A DNA stretch of 64,000 nucleotides from a virus, in IMG/VR virus record IMGVR_UViG_3300020391_000003, positions 1 to 64,000 of that record, one strand, 5' to 3'. Below, piece by piece: positions 37,530-47,238 of this stretch. Under the pieces are notes generated by a model. That model was not told the DNA's origin and made no database searches. It saw nothing but the letters and a program-made list of their open reading frames with translations. The stretch's first letter is position 1. Every line of letters starts with the position of its first letter. Made by a program: the position numbers and the translations under genes.

Positions 37530-38447
37530 TTATTTTATAATTTCTTTTACTGAAATTTTAGACTGATAGTAATTTCCTTCTGATATATTTATCGATTGAT
37601 TTAATATCTTACCAGAACAATCAAACCTAGCTATTCTATTTCCTTGGAGAGAATATAAAAATGCAGATATAGTTGAATCTGAGGTGTTTACAAAATTAGT
37701 TTTTTGCTGACTTCCATATGCATTAAGCTGTGGAATCATTTCATTAGCACTAATTTGAACCTCTTTTTCAATAGCTTCCGTAGAAACCCTAACAGGAACA
37801 ACTCCGCTCGCAGTATTGTCCACCTGTGTATTTTCAAGCGCTCTTATTCTATGATGAATTTTACGATTCACTATTATTTTATAATCTAAAGATGTGATTT
37901 CAAACTGTCTATCTACGGCGTCTTCTATATCAGTTCCTGATGCGGTCATATTGCCGAAAGATTTTAATCCATGCGCAAAATCAACAGATGCTTGCTTGAA
38001 TCTATCAGCAACTCCGCTTTTTTCAATTGATCCATAAATATCGTAAGATGCATTTGCACGAATAACTTTGAATGGTTGAAAAGAAAATCCAAAAGAGGTA
38101 AGATACGCATTATCAAAAGTATATCTTCCAATTTTATTTCCATTTACTGGTTTTTCAGACATGCCCTCTTTTATATCAAACATTCTATTTATATTATTTA
38201 TTTGTCCATCTTGAGCGAAAGTATCAGCAGATATATAAAAATCTATATTCAACTTTCCCTGAATTCCTTGCGTCGGATTAAAGTCAATAAACTGAGTTTT
38301 TGCTCCTGCTATGCTTGCGTCGTAATCTCCGTATACTCTTTCTGCCGATAAAGATGGATTAATTGTTAAATCTGCAGAGTTTACCATTAAATTCTGACCA
38401 GCCAAAGAAATTTTTCCGTCTTCAAATCTTAAATATGGTCCGCTCAT
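37530..38447 (-). CDS. Tail tube-fold paralogue (minor tail protein)
   Basis: MVNSADLTINPSLSAERVYG and ITSLDYKIIVNRKIHHRI are two tube-like halves; located between TMP and gpM. Confidence 0.5.
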   Translation of the reverse strand: MSGPYLRFEDGKISLAGQNLMVNSADLTINPSLSAERVYGDYDASIAGAKTQFIDFNPTQGIQGKLNIDFYISADTFAQDGQINNINRMFDIKEGMSEKPVNGNKIGRYTFDNAYLTSFGFSFQPFKVIRANASYDIYGSIEKSGVADRFKQASVDFAHGLKSFGNMTASGTDIEDAVDRQFEITSLDYKIIVNRKIHHRIRALENTQVDNTASGVVPVRVSTEAIEKEVQISANEMIPQLNAYGSQQKTNFVNTSDSTISAFLYSLQGNRIARFDCSGKILNQSINISEGNYYQSKISVKEIIK

Positions 38448-39604
38448 GATACAGGATTATGAAGAGTATCATAACCTTTATAAGTTAAAGATATTGACAT
38501 TTCTCCTTCTATTGATGCATTAATCGATTCGCTAATTAATCGAACATCTCTTCCAACAAATTGATTCATAAGATCATTTGTTTTAGAGTCTTTAATTATT
38601 ATAGTAACATTGCTTTTTGGCGCAGCTTGTATTCTATCTTTTATTTCTCTTATTTCATATTCATCAACAATCATTGTGAAATTTATATCTGTTTCAATTG
38701 GATATTGAGTATCAACTTGCACTGGCTCTAAATTGGGAGTAGCGGCCTGATCTCCCGCAACCCATTGACTTCCATTTCCTTTAGGTATGGCGTAAATTGG
38801 TCTTAAATTTAAACTTCTAGAAAAACTAAAATCACTTATTGCGTCCACAGTAAAATCGTCAACATTAACTGAAATACTTGATTGATCTGCAAATTTTATT
38901 TCTGGATGCACTTGATTTATTGCTTGAGAATAGTCTGTAATAATTGTGAATGCATCTTTACCCAATCTCAATATTTTAATAGTGCTTGAACCGCTCTGAG
39001 TTACTATAACCTTAGATTCTTCTTTTAGCAGATTATATTCAAGTTGCGATATCGTCAGATTTCCATTGTTCCATTCTGTTGATTGATCAGTATCTACAGA
39101 TATAAGGCCTTCTCTCCTATTAAAATATACCAACCCATCAAAAGGGTTAAGGCTTAAATTATATCCAACTATTGTTAAATTATTTACTTGAGATGCAGTG
39201 GAATTTGATAGCACATTTTTTCCAAGTTCTCCATAAACAGTTAGATCAACATCTATATCTGGAACATCTCCAACACTACAGCTAATAGAATATCTATTTA
39301 ATCTAGCTTTTGTAAAACCGAAACCTTTAGTATCGTTATCATATAATATAGCACCACTAATTTCATTTTCATCAAATGTAAAATTACCCAAAGCATCGTA
39401 TTCTATTAAAGGATCAGAAGAAACCATTTTTCTTGATATAGAAAAATTTCCTTCTAATGGAGACTCTACAAGCGCATCTATAAATCCAACTCCAGCAACT
39501 CTTATTGGAGATTCACTTATTCCATAAGATCCATTTACATCTTGAACCCCAGATAAAGCGTATCCATTTAATACTACAGTTTGCTCATAGTTTGAATAAC
39601 TCAT
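38444..39604 (-). CDS. Tail tube-fold paralogue (minor tail protein)
   Basis: LSGVQDVNGSYGISESPIRVAG and ISDFSFSRSLNLRPIYAI...YPIETDINFTM parallel RVQSANYSFSINRQDV and QSFSIDVPLSR...YPVNISVSV of the major tube protein. Confidence 0.6.
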   Translation of the reverse strand: MSYSNYEQTVVLNGYALSGVQDVNGSYGISESPIRVAGVGFIDALVESPLEGNFSISRKMVSSDPLIEYDALGNFTFDENEISGAILYDNDTKGFGFTKARLNRYSISCSVGDVPDIDVDLTVYGELGKNVLSNSTASQVNNLTIVGYNLSLNPFDGLVYFNRREGLISVDTDQSTEWNNGNLTISQLEYNLLKEESKVIVTQSGSSTIKILRLGKDAFTIITDYSQAINQVHPEIKFADQSSISVNVDDFTVDAISDFSFSRSLNLRPIYAIPKGNGSQWVAGDQAATPNLEPVQVDTQYPIETDINFTMIVDEYEIREIKDRIQAAPKSNVTIIIKDSKTNDLMNQFVGRDVRLISESINASIEGEMSISLTYKGYDTLHNPVS

Positions 39605-42600
39605 TGCACTTCACTTAATAATCCTCCCGGCCTTTTTTCTTCAATTATTACGCCAACCACAGCATCTTTAATTTTCTTTCCTAATTCACCACCTTGATTT
39701 TCTTCTTTCATATTTCCGCCTGAATCCTGTTGATTTTGAGAAGATTCTTGTCTATTACCAGATGCATCCATTTTGATATTGATACTGATGTTATTTGTTT
39801 GACCTCCAGAAACAGATGATTCTTCTTTTTGTACTTCAGGAGAAACAGATCCTCCTTCGTAAAATTTTCCTGCGTTTATTTTATCAAGCATTGGTTTGCC
39901 CATTTGTCTTGCGCTGCTAGCCTTGATAACATATTCTCCTTCGCTTAACATTGCAGGAATTTGATCGATACCAGATTTTCCGTAGATCATGCCGCCTGCA
40001 GCGTATTTATTTATTTTACCTCCTCTTGACTGCGAATAAGGATTAAAGCCAAGTCGATTTACCATGGAATCAAATTCAGTAGGGGCTTGAAAATTAAAAG
40101 CTTCCTCAGGCATTCTTGTTATAGTGTCCGCACCCAAGCCCATTTTTCCACCAGCATCACCACCGCTAAATACAGACCCTAAAACATAAGATGTGGCTAT
40201 ACTTCCTATCATACCCAGTATTTTTCTTCTTTTTGCTTTTTTTGCTTGTCTTTCCATCTCGCGACGACGACGCTCTTCTTCTCTTTTTTGAAGTATACCT
40301 TTAAATTCTTGTGCGTCTTCTTGTAACCCTACATTTTCAGCTAGACCGCTATAGAAAAATCCAGACATTGCTCGAGACTGATAATTTCTACCAGAAATAA
40401 AAGATTCTCCACCACCAAAATTTGCAGCTAATGCAGAGCCAGGCTCTCCACCTCTGCTCATGTAAGGTATTTTACCCATACCATATTCCTGCATGGTATC
40501 TCCGCCCATTGTATACTTTGGTATTTTACCCATGCCATATTCTTGCATGGTATCTCCGCCCATTGTATACTTTGGTATTTTACCCATGCCATATTCTTGC
40601 ATGGTATCTCCGCCCATTGTATACTTTGGTATTTTACCCATGCCATATTCTTGCATGGTATCTCCGCCCATAGAATAATTAGGAATTTTTCCTCGAGCAT
40701 TTAAACTATGCATAAAGCCACCACCATATTTTTTAACCGCCTCTCTACCCATTACATATTCACCATTTGTTACCATGGCTGGCACATTTCCTCCAGAAGA
40801 ATATTTTTTAACCCCACCGCCTTGAGAAAATCCTAATGCGCCAACAGCTTGCATCGCTAATTTTTGCATCATTGCTTGTTGCATATAGCTAAGAAAATTA
40901 AGAGCTGCATCTTCTAAAGCATCACCAATACTTTTTGCACCATTGGCTGCTTCAGTCATTGCAGTTGCTAGGCCGTCAGCTAATTTACCTGGAATATTCT
41001 GCCCCAATTCATAATCCATATATTCAATTCGCTCTTTCATGCTACTCATACCTTTATCAAATCCTCTTCCAAAACTTCCAGTACCAGTTCTTTCCAGTCT
41101 ATCTTGTTTTAGTCTTTCTTTTTCTAAGGCAAGTATTGTGTTTAAAGATTCGATTTCTTTTTTGTGTTCGTTGTTTGCATTGTTTATTTTCTTTTCAATT
41201 TCTTCTAAATTTTTAATTCTTTCGGCTTCAAGTTGCTCCAGTCTATTTAATTCCGCTATTTCGTCATCACTAATCACCAAAAGGCGACTTCCTTCACCAA
41301 AAACGCCCATGTCTTTCTTTTGCCTCAAATTTTTGAGTTCTTCTTGGTCAACCTTTTGATTAATCTCTGCTCTTTTTATCTCAAGGTCCCTGATATTATT
41401 TGCCTTGTTTTCTTCAAGAGTTGCAAGTTTGGATTCTAATTCAAATTCTTTTTCAAGTATTTTAAATCTTTCTTTATCTTCTGCGCTTTGAAAACCAGCT
41501 CCAACAGCAGTTAATCTTCTTGCTTTTGCTACGCTATCATTAAATCCCCTAATTTTTTGCGCAGATCTAGTGTCTTCATCAGCCATTCTGTCTGCTCTTT
41601 TCAAATCATCTAGAATTGTTTTTCTGTCTGCAAGAATCATATTTATATTTTTTTCTCTCTCTGCTTGACTTTCAGAGCTTGTTTTCTGTTTTTCGGCTAA
41701 ATTTAAAATATTATCTCTCTTTATAATTTCAAGGTCTAAAAATTGAAGAATTGCTTCTCTTATGGGGCCTTCAGTTTTATTGTTAGTGGCTATGTCTTGT
41801 AATTTACCTTTCAATTCTTCACCACTTAAACTTCCAACTTTGTCGGTAATATCTTGAAAGCTATCTCCATCTTCTAATCCGAGCGAAGTCTTAAATACTG
41901 ATTGTATACTTTGATCTTTTCGAATGCCGCTCAATATACCCATTCTAAGTTGAGAGTCTGCGGTTTCCGCGCTTTTGGCGTAAGCTTGTTCAGCTTTGTT
42001 TAAAGCTTGAAGATATTTGTTTTGTGCCTTGAATTGATCGGTAGCCAAGCTGCCTGCTAATTTTACTTGATTTTTTAAATTGTCAGATATTTCAGAGTAA
42101 CGATCTTTTATTTCTAATTGCTTCATTGCGGCTGCTTGTTGAGCCATAATTTGAGTTTTTTGAAGATCAAGCTGAATAATGACTCCTCTAGCTTCTTTTT
42201 TCTTTTCAGCTAATATTTTGTCGTCTTCTCTTTTCATTGTTTTTCGCAAAGATTCAAACATTTGTATTCTCTCATCCTGAGTAGATTTTGAGAATTCTTT
42301 AGCATACTCTTTTCCAGTTCCCTCGAAGTCTACAGCTACTCTATCTCCGTCTTCATTTTCTTCAAACTTTTTAGCAGAAAAAATAAAATCGTCAGGTAAA
42401 GTTTTCAGAACATCACCAATATTCGATTTAACATCTGAACCAAGTTTATTTGTTAAGTCGGCCGCTTTTGCAACTTCTTTGTAATCTATTGTTGGACCGC
42501 CGCGAGCCGGTTTCATTTTATTTGCTTTAGCTTCTTCTAGATCTGCGAATTGTACTGAGAATCTCTGTGAAAAATTTTCAAGTTTATCTTTGGCACCAGG

Positions 42601-45600
42601 AAGCTGCATAAGCACACTAGCCAAAGAAGCTCCTATTTCCTCCGCCACTTTTCTTTCTGCTTCAGCTTTCTTTTCAACTGCATCCTTAGAGTCAATCAGT
42701 GCCATAGCAAAACCCCCTAATCCTCCGACAGCAGCACCTATTGCTGTACCAAGTGGTCCAAACATCATGCCCATAGATGCCCCAGTTGCAACCCCGTTTA
42801 ATGCCCCACCAGCAGCATTTCCTACAGTTCCTCCTATAGAATCTTGCATAAATCCTGCTGCCATAGGAAGACCCATCATCATTGCCATTTGAACTCCAGA
42901 GCTTCCCATTGCTCGTCCCATAGTTGTTCCACCAAATCTTGTATTTTGCCTTGAATAAGCAGCCCCCAATCCCCCTAATACGCCACCAACACCACCACCA
43001 CTCTTTGCAAATGCTTGTTGTGCAGCCAATTGTGACTCTTGCTGTTCGTAACCTAATTGTTTTAAGGCGTGAATAGTTTCTTCTTTAGTGTATTTCAATT
43101 GCCTCATAGACTCGGCAGATTCAAGCTTATCGAAATTCAATTGATTTTTATTGTGCTGATGCACTTGCATCATCCTAGTGCGGTCATTTTTTTGAACGCT
43201 CTTCATGTCTTTCATTGATTGGACTCTCTTTTGCTTTTCGATATCCAAAACAGCTTGAGACTCTCCCCTCCAAAGCTTTATCAAGCTTTCGATGACCCCT
43301 AAACCTGACAAAGAGTAATTTGGCACATATCCATTTGCTCCAAATACATCACGCAATCCATTTGGTTCGTCGGTAGTATTTGTAACTCCCAAGCCTAATG
43401 GATTTCCTTTGTTCATTAAAGCTTGGTGAGAGCCAACGCGAATTTGAGAAACAGGAACGCCAGCGCCTTTTTCGCGATTAATTGCATTGCTTAATGGATC
43501 GGCAAAGTTGGGAATATATCCATCTGCAGCTCTCCTGATGCCTCCCCCCGTTCTTGGTTTTGTTTTAAGAAATGACTCATATACGCTGCTTGGTGTTGAT
43601 TTAGAAATATAATTTAATATTTTTTTTGGAATTCCTCCAGTTTTTGCTGCAGCCAATGTATATTTTGCCTCAAGAGCATCCTTAGGGCTGCCGAAAAATC
43701 GTGATAAAACACTAGCATCTTGCCCCCTAAAATCAAAAGATTCTTGCGTATTTGGTTCGAGTCTATCCCCAATCGCAGTTCTCATTGCTGCTTCATATAA
43801 GTTTCCAATGGTTCCATTATCAACATGACTCATGACATTCGCGCTTGTAAAATTCGGCTTATCTACATCCTTAAATATATGTTTATGCATTCCTTTTGCA
43901 AATTCAGTCAGGCCCTCCTTAATCACGCCAGAAATTTGAGTTCTAGCAACTTCGTCAGACTTGCCAGCATCAATCTTTTTGATGTCGTTTTCATCAACTG
44001 GACTTATAGTATAGGTTGGCAGGGTCGCCCTTAACGTCTTACCTTTTAAGTCAGGTATTTTGAGACCAAGACGCATAGCAAGTGTCGCCTTAGCCTTTTT
44101 CGACTGTATGTCTGATATGGGTTGTGAGTATGTTTCATTTTCTGCGTTTTTGGTAGGTTTTCCCACTCCTAAAACAACCCCCATTCGGTTCATACTACCT
44201 GCAAAATATGTACCTAAATCTACAGTTGGATTTCCCTGTTTGACCTTTTGAAAAGCCTTGAGCCCAGGCCTGTCCGCTTGCCTCAGATCTTGGATCGCAT
44301 ATTGCTCCCCCACAGGCGGCTTTTTGTTAAAGTTTGGAATAAATCCACTTCCTGCATACGGATCAAATCCATGAACACTTCCAAATGCTTGCTGATAATT
44401 TTTGCCTGCTTTACTAGACAGCGGAGGCATAATTGCAGGCTGTTTCATACCCGCAAAATTTTTAACTTTTTCTGCGCTGTTATAAATAACCGAGCCCTGG
44501 CCAGGCATGCTCATCTCTCTAATGTTTCCTGCTGCATATCCTCCTTTTGCGGCTTGTTCGCGTTCTGCAAAGTTTGGAATGTGTCCGTCTGCTCGTCCTC
44601 TTCTTGGTGCCAAATTGGCTCCAAATCCTTGACGATATAAAGTAGACGCAGCTTGTTTGCTTACTGCATTTAAAACATTTGCTTCAGCAACCTGTGCCTT
44701 TAGTAAAGCTAATATAATTTTTTCTTTTTCTGTTCTAGATATATCAGTTCGCAACATTTCTTTGCTTAATGCTGCGTTTTGTCCAAACAAATTAACCAAA
44801 GAAGTTTGTATAGCTTTTTGTTTTTGCGCTTCTGTGGTTACGCCAATCAATGAACTCAAACTTTCTCTAGCATATTGAGCTGCTTTTAGAAATAGTTTAC
44901 CAAATACAGCAACAATAACAACCAATCCTGGCCCAGTAATAATATTACCCAGACCTTTTAAAAATCCGTTTGCAAATTTACCTCCAGCACTTTCTCCGTC
45001 TCCTAATAAATTGTTTGCTCCTTCTGCAACACTTTTAACCACATTGAGAATTTTTTCCATTCCTGGAGCTAATGCAATTTCACCAATTTTTGCGCTTGCT
45101 TCTTTGATTGCCAAACCAGTCTCGGTGGCCATTGCAGCCATAGTTTGTCTTAATTGTTCGTTTTTGGTGATAGCTTCATCTGTTGCGCCAGCAGAAATTT
45201 GTGTTGCATTTGCCAAAATACCATTTTGCTTTGCGGCATCGCCCAGCACAGCCTTTAAAACGTTGATTTGAAATACGCCACCAACGGTTTGCGCAATTTG
45301 AGCTTTTTGCGCCTCAGTTAAACTATCAAATGTATTTGCAAGATCAGTCAAAATTCTTTTTGCGCCCAAAGTATTACCTTCAATGTCTCTTACTGCAATT
45401 CCTAAATTTTCTAATTGATTTAAAGTATCTGTTCTTCCTATACGAGTAAAAATTGTTTTAAATGAGTTACCAATAACCTTACCACCTCGAGCAGTTTGTT
45501 GTTGAGCGGCAGTAACCAAGCCAATCAGTTCATCAATATCCACTCCAGCTCCTCTTGCAGCTGCACCAGTACGAGCAATAGCATCAGCGAAATCTTCTGC

Positions 45601-46209
45601 ACTAACAGCAAATTTAACATCTACAGCAGCAAATTTACTTACAAGTTGAGTAGTGTCTTTGATTTGATTACCATATGTATTCATAGCTGCCGTCAAAGAT
45701 TTAACAGCATTCGCAGAATCCATGCCAGTCAAACGAGTTAGAATCAAAGCATCTTTCGTACGCTTCAAAGATTCTTCCATACTTAAACCTTGACGAGCAT
45801 ATTCTGTTGCTGCATCAGCTGCAATTTTAAATGCTTGTCCAGTTTCTTTTGCTACCGTAAAAAGTCCGTCGCCAAATTTTTCTAGATTTTGAGCGCTCAA
45901 ACCCATCACAACATTGATGTCAGCCAATGCTTTTTCAACCTCCACGACATTTCTAACCATTCCCTTGAACGCATCAGCAACTCCATTGATAATTGCCATA
46001 CTTGCTCCGAATGCGATAATACGAGCATTAGCAGCTTCCATTGACTTGCTAAACTCGTCTGCACTTCGACGCATATTTCCAAGAGGCTGAGTGGCTCCCT
46101 TGTCATCCACAGTAATTTTAATTGGCCTGCGACGAATTCTGTTTACAGCTGACTGAACCGCTGCTTCAAGCGGCTGAGTATTACCGAGTACATCTACATT
46201 AATAGCCAT
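39601..46209 (-). CDS. Tape measure protein (2202 aa)
   Basis: TP901-type N-terminal core (EKALADINVV...AATEYARQG...GNSFKTIFTRI), long Ala/Gly/Gln helical stretches and C-terminal GG...IPAMLSEGEYVI. Confidence 0.92.
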   Translation of the reverse strand: MAINVDVLGNTQPLEAAVQSAVNRIRRRPIKITVDDKGATQPLGNMRRSADEFSKSMEAANARIIAFGASMAIINGVADAFKGMVRNVVEVEKALADINVVMGLSAQNLEKFGDGLFTVAKETGQAFKIAADAATEYARQGLSMEESLKRTKDALILTRLTGMDSANAVKSLTAAMNTYGNQIKDTTQLVSKFAAVDVKFAVSAEDFADAIARTGAAARGAGVDIDELIGLVTAAQQQTARGGKVIGNSFKTIFTRIGRTDTLNQLENLGIAVRDIEGNTLGAKRILTDLANTFDSLTEAQKAQIAQTVGGVFQINVLKAVLGDAAKQNGILANATQISAGATDEAITKNEQLRQTMAAMATETGLAIKEASAKIGEIALAPGMEKILNVVKSVAEGANNLLGDGESAGGKFANGFLKGLGNIITGPGLVVIVAVFGKLFLKAAQYARESLSSLIGVTTEAQKQKAIQTSLVNLFGQNAALSKEMLRTDISRTEKEKIILALLKAQVAEANVLNAVSKQAASTLYRQGFGANLAPRRGRADGHIPNFAEREQAAKGGYAAGNIREMSMPGQGSVIYNSAEKVKNFAGMKQPAIMPPLSSKAGKNYQQAFGSVHGFDPYAGSGFIPNFNKKPPVGEQYAIQDLRQADRPGLKAFQKVKQGNPTVDLGTYFAGSMNRMGVVLGVGKPTKNAENETYSQPISDIQSKKAKATLAMRLGLKIPDLKGKTLRATLPTYTISPVDENDIKKIDAGKSDEVARTQISGVIKEGLTEFAKGMHKHIFKDVDKPNFTSANVMSHVDNGTIGNLYEAAMRTAIGDRLEPNTQESFDFRGQDASVLSRFFGSPKDALEAKYTLAAAKTGGIPKKILNYISKSTPSSVYESFLKTKPRTGGGIRRAADGYIPNFADPLSNAINREKGAGVPVSQIRVGSHQALMNKGNPLGLGVTNTTDEPNGLRDVFGANGYVPNYSLSGLGVIESLIKLWRGESQAVLDIEKQKRVQSMKDMKSVQKNDRTRMMQVHQHNKNQLNFDKLESAESMRQLKYTKEETIHALKQLGYEQQESQLAAQQAFAKSGGGVGGVLGGLGAAYSRQNTRFGGTTMGRAMGSSGVQMAMMMGLPMAAGFMQDSIGGTVGNAAGGALNGVATGASMGMMFGPLGTAIGAAVGGLGGFAMALIDSKDAVEKKAEAERKVAEEIGASLASVLMQLPGAKDKLENFSQRFSVQFADLEEAKANKMKPARGGPTIDYKEVAKAADLTNKLGSDVKSNIGDVLKTLPDDFIFSAKKFEENEDGDRVAVDFEGTGKEYAKEFSKSTQDERIQMFESLRKTMKREDDKILAEKKKEARGVIIQLDLQKTQIMAQQAAAMKQLEIKDRYSEISDNLKNQVKLAGSLATDQFKAQNKYLQALNKAEQAYAKSAETADSQLRMGILSGIRKDQSIQSVFKTSLGLEDGDSFQDITDKVGSLSGEELKGKLQDIATNNKTEGPIREAILQFLDLEIIKRDNILNLAEKQKTSSESQAEREKNINMILADRKTILDDLKRADRMADEDTRSAQKIRGFNDSVAKARRLTAVGAGFQSAEDKERFKILEKEFELESKLATLEENKANNIRDLEIKRAEINQKVDQEELKNLRQKKDMGVFGEGSRLLVISDDEIAELNRLEQLEAERIKNLEEIEKKINNANNEHKKEIESLNTILALEKERLKQDRLERTGTGSFGRGFDKGMSSMKERIEYMDYELGQNIPGKLADGLATAMTEAANGAKSIGDALEDAALNFLSYMQQAMMQKLAMQAVGALGFSQGGGVKKYSSGGNVPAMVTNGEYVMGREAVKKYGGGFMHSLNARGKIPNYSMGGDTMQEYGMGKIPKYTMGGDTMQEYGMGKIPKYTMGGDTMQEYGMGKIPKYTMGGDTMQEYGMGKIPYMSRGGEPGSALAANFGGGESFISGRNYQSRAMSGFFYSGLAENVGLQEDAQEFKGILQKREEERRRREMERQAKKAKRRKILGMIGSIATSYVLGSVFSGGDAGGKMGLGADTITRMPEEAFNFQAPTEFDSMVNRLGFNPYSQSRGGKINKYAAGGMIYGKSGIDQIPAMLSEGEYVIKASSARQMGKPMLDKINAGKFYEGGSVSPEVQKEESSVSGGQTNNISINIKMDASGNRQESSQNQQDSGGNMKEENQGGELGKKIKDAVVGVIIEEKRPGGLLSEVQ
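40466..40690. repeat. 54-bp coding tandem repeat x4 in the TMP (MGKIPKYTMGGDTMQEYG)
   Basis: Units at 40505, 40559, 40613 and 40667. Confidence 0.95.
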
Positions 46210-46212
46210 TTT

Positions 46213-46235
46213 TACCTTATTCCTGTGATAAGGTA
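46213..46235 (-). promoter_or_regulatory. Perfect hairpin over the TMP ribosome-binding region
   Basis: Minus strand UACCUUAU-CACAGGA-AUAAGGUA ends 3 nt before the AUG at 46209. Confidence 0.5.
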
Positions 46236-46238
46236 TAA

Positions 46239-46243
46239 TACAC
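46239..46243 (-). promoter_or_regulatory. GTGTA motif, candidate late promoter
   Basis: attttgGTGTAttatacc, 29 nt before the TMP start. Confidence 0.5.
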
Positions 46244-46248
46244 CAAAA

Positions 46249-47235
46249 TTATCCTACGCCATGCAATTTCATTAAATCTTCCATATTTAAAGTGCCACCC
46301 TTTTTCTTGGCTTCTTCATGAAGACTAATTGCATTTGTTGGTTTTTCAACTCCTAGGTAATCATAATCTTCTTGTTTTGCGCCAACCAATGTACCACCAT
46401 CTCCCTGAGTAAGTTTATCTTTGGCCTTATCTTTTTCTTCTTTTGAGCTGCTGCCAAATTCTAAAAGCTTGGCTGGATCTTTGCGAATACTTTCGGGTAT
46501 ATTTTCATTCATATCAAATATATTCTTAAATACCCTAGTATAAACAATTAATCTAATTTGATTGTATGTTAAATCACAAAATGCTTTGCCATAAAATTGC
46601 ATACTATCTTCAGCAAAACTTAAATATGGATTGTAAAAATCTTCTAGTATTGTATATTGTATACTTTCTTCGCTAAATCCTTCAAATATTTCATTGTATT
46701 TATATACTACTTTCTTTATATCATGATTATCAAGCTCATCAAATTTATCTTGATTAAATAATGGTTCTTGTAATTTATCATCAGCAAAAAAACTTTTAAT
46801 CATATAAAAATCATTTAATCTATCTTTTGCATATTTTTCGCAAGTATTTCCAATCAAGCCAATTTTTTGTATTTGTTTGTCGTCCAAAAGTTTTTGTTCT
46901 TTATCAATCAACGCAGCCTGCTTGTCTATTTCTCTTTTTAAAACAAGCTTGGTTTTGGCTTTTCGCAGGTTCTCTAAAAATAATTCTTTATCTTTAATAA
47001 ATTTTTCGTCTTTATCAGTCCATTGTCCCTCATCTTTTAGATATGTTAACATATCTTCTTCTGTTGGCACACCTTTTCGCAAAGCAATATTGAAATATTT
47101 TTCTTCTATCTCCTCAAGTTCTACTTGATCATGAGGAGTCAAGTGTTTGATGTATACGAAATCTTCTTCTAGTGTGGTAGTAGAAAATCCGCGAACTACA
47201 TCTCTAAATATTTTTCTTCGCTTAACAGTTTCCAC
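46249..47235 (-). CDS. Putative tail assembly chaperone (second paralogue)
   Basis: GTG start; immediately upstream of the TMP; acidic and helical; similar to 47239-48057. Confidence 0.55.
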   Translation of the reverse strand: METVKRRKIFRDVVRGFSTTTLEEDFVYIKHLTPHDQVELEEIEEKYFNIALRKGVPTEEDMLTYLKDEGQWTDKDEKFIKDKELFLENLRKAKTKLVLKREIDKQAALIDKEQKLLDDKQIQKIGLIGNTCEKYAKDRLNDFYMIKSFFADDKLQEPLFNQDKFDELDNHDIKKVVYKYNEIFEGFSEESIQYTILEDFYNPYLSFAEDSMQFYGKAFCDLTYNQIRLIVYTRVFKNIFDMNENIPESIRKDPAKLLEFGSSSKEEKDKAKDKLTQGDGGTLVGAKQEDYDYLGVEKPTNAISLHEEAKKKGGTLNMEDLMKLHGVG

Positions 47236-47238
47236 ATA

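Noticed and set aside
40422-40700. Short repeat-containing ORFs on alternative frames (40422-40673, 40458-40700, 40493-40678; likewise 1037-1261 and 1218-1466)
   Set aside because: These are shadows of in-frame tandem repeats inside long genes, with no independent start signals.
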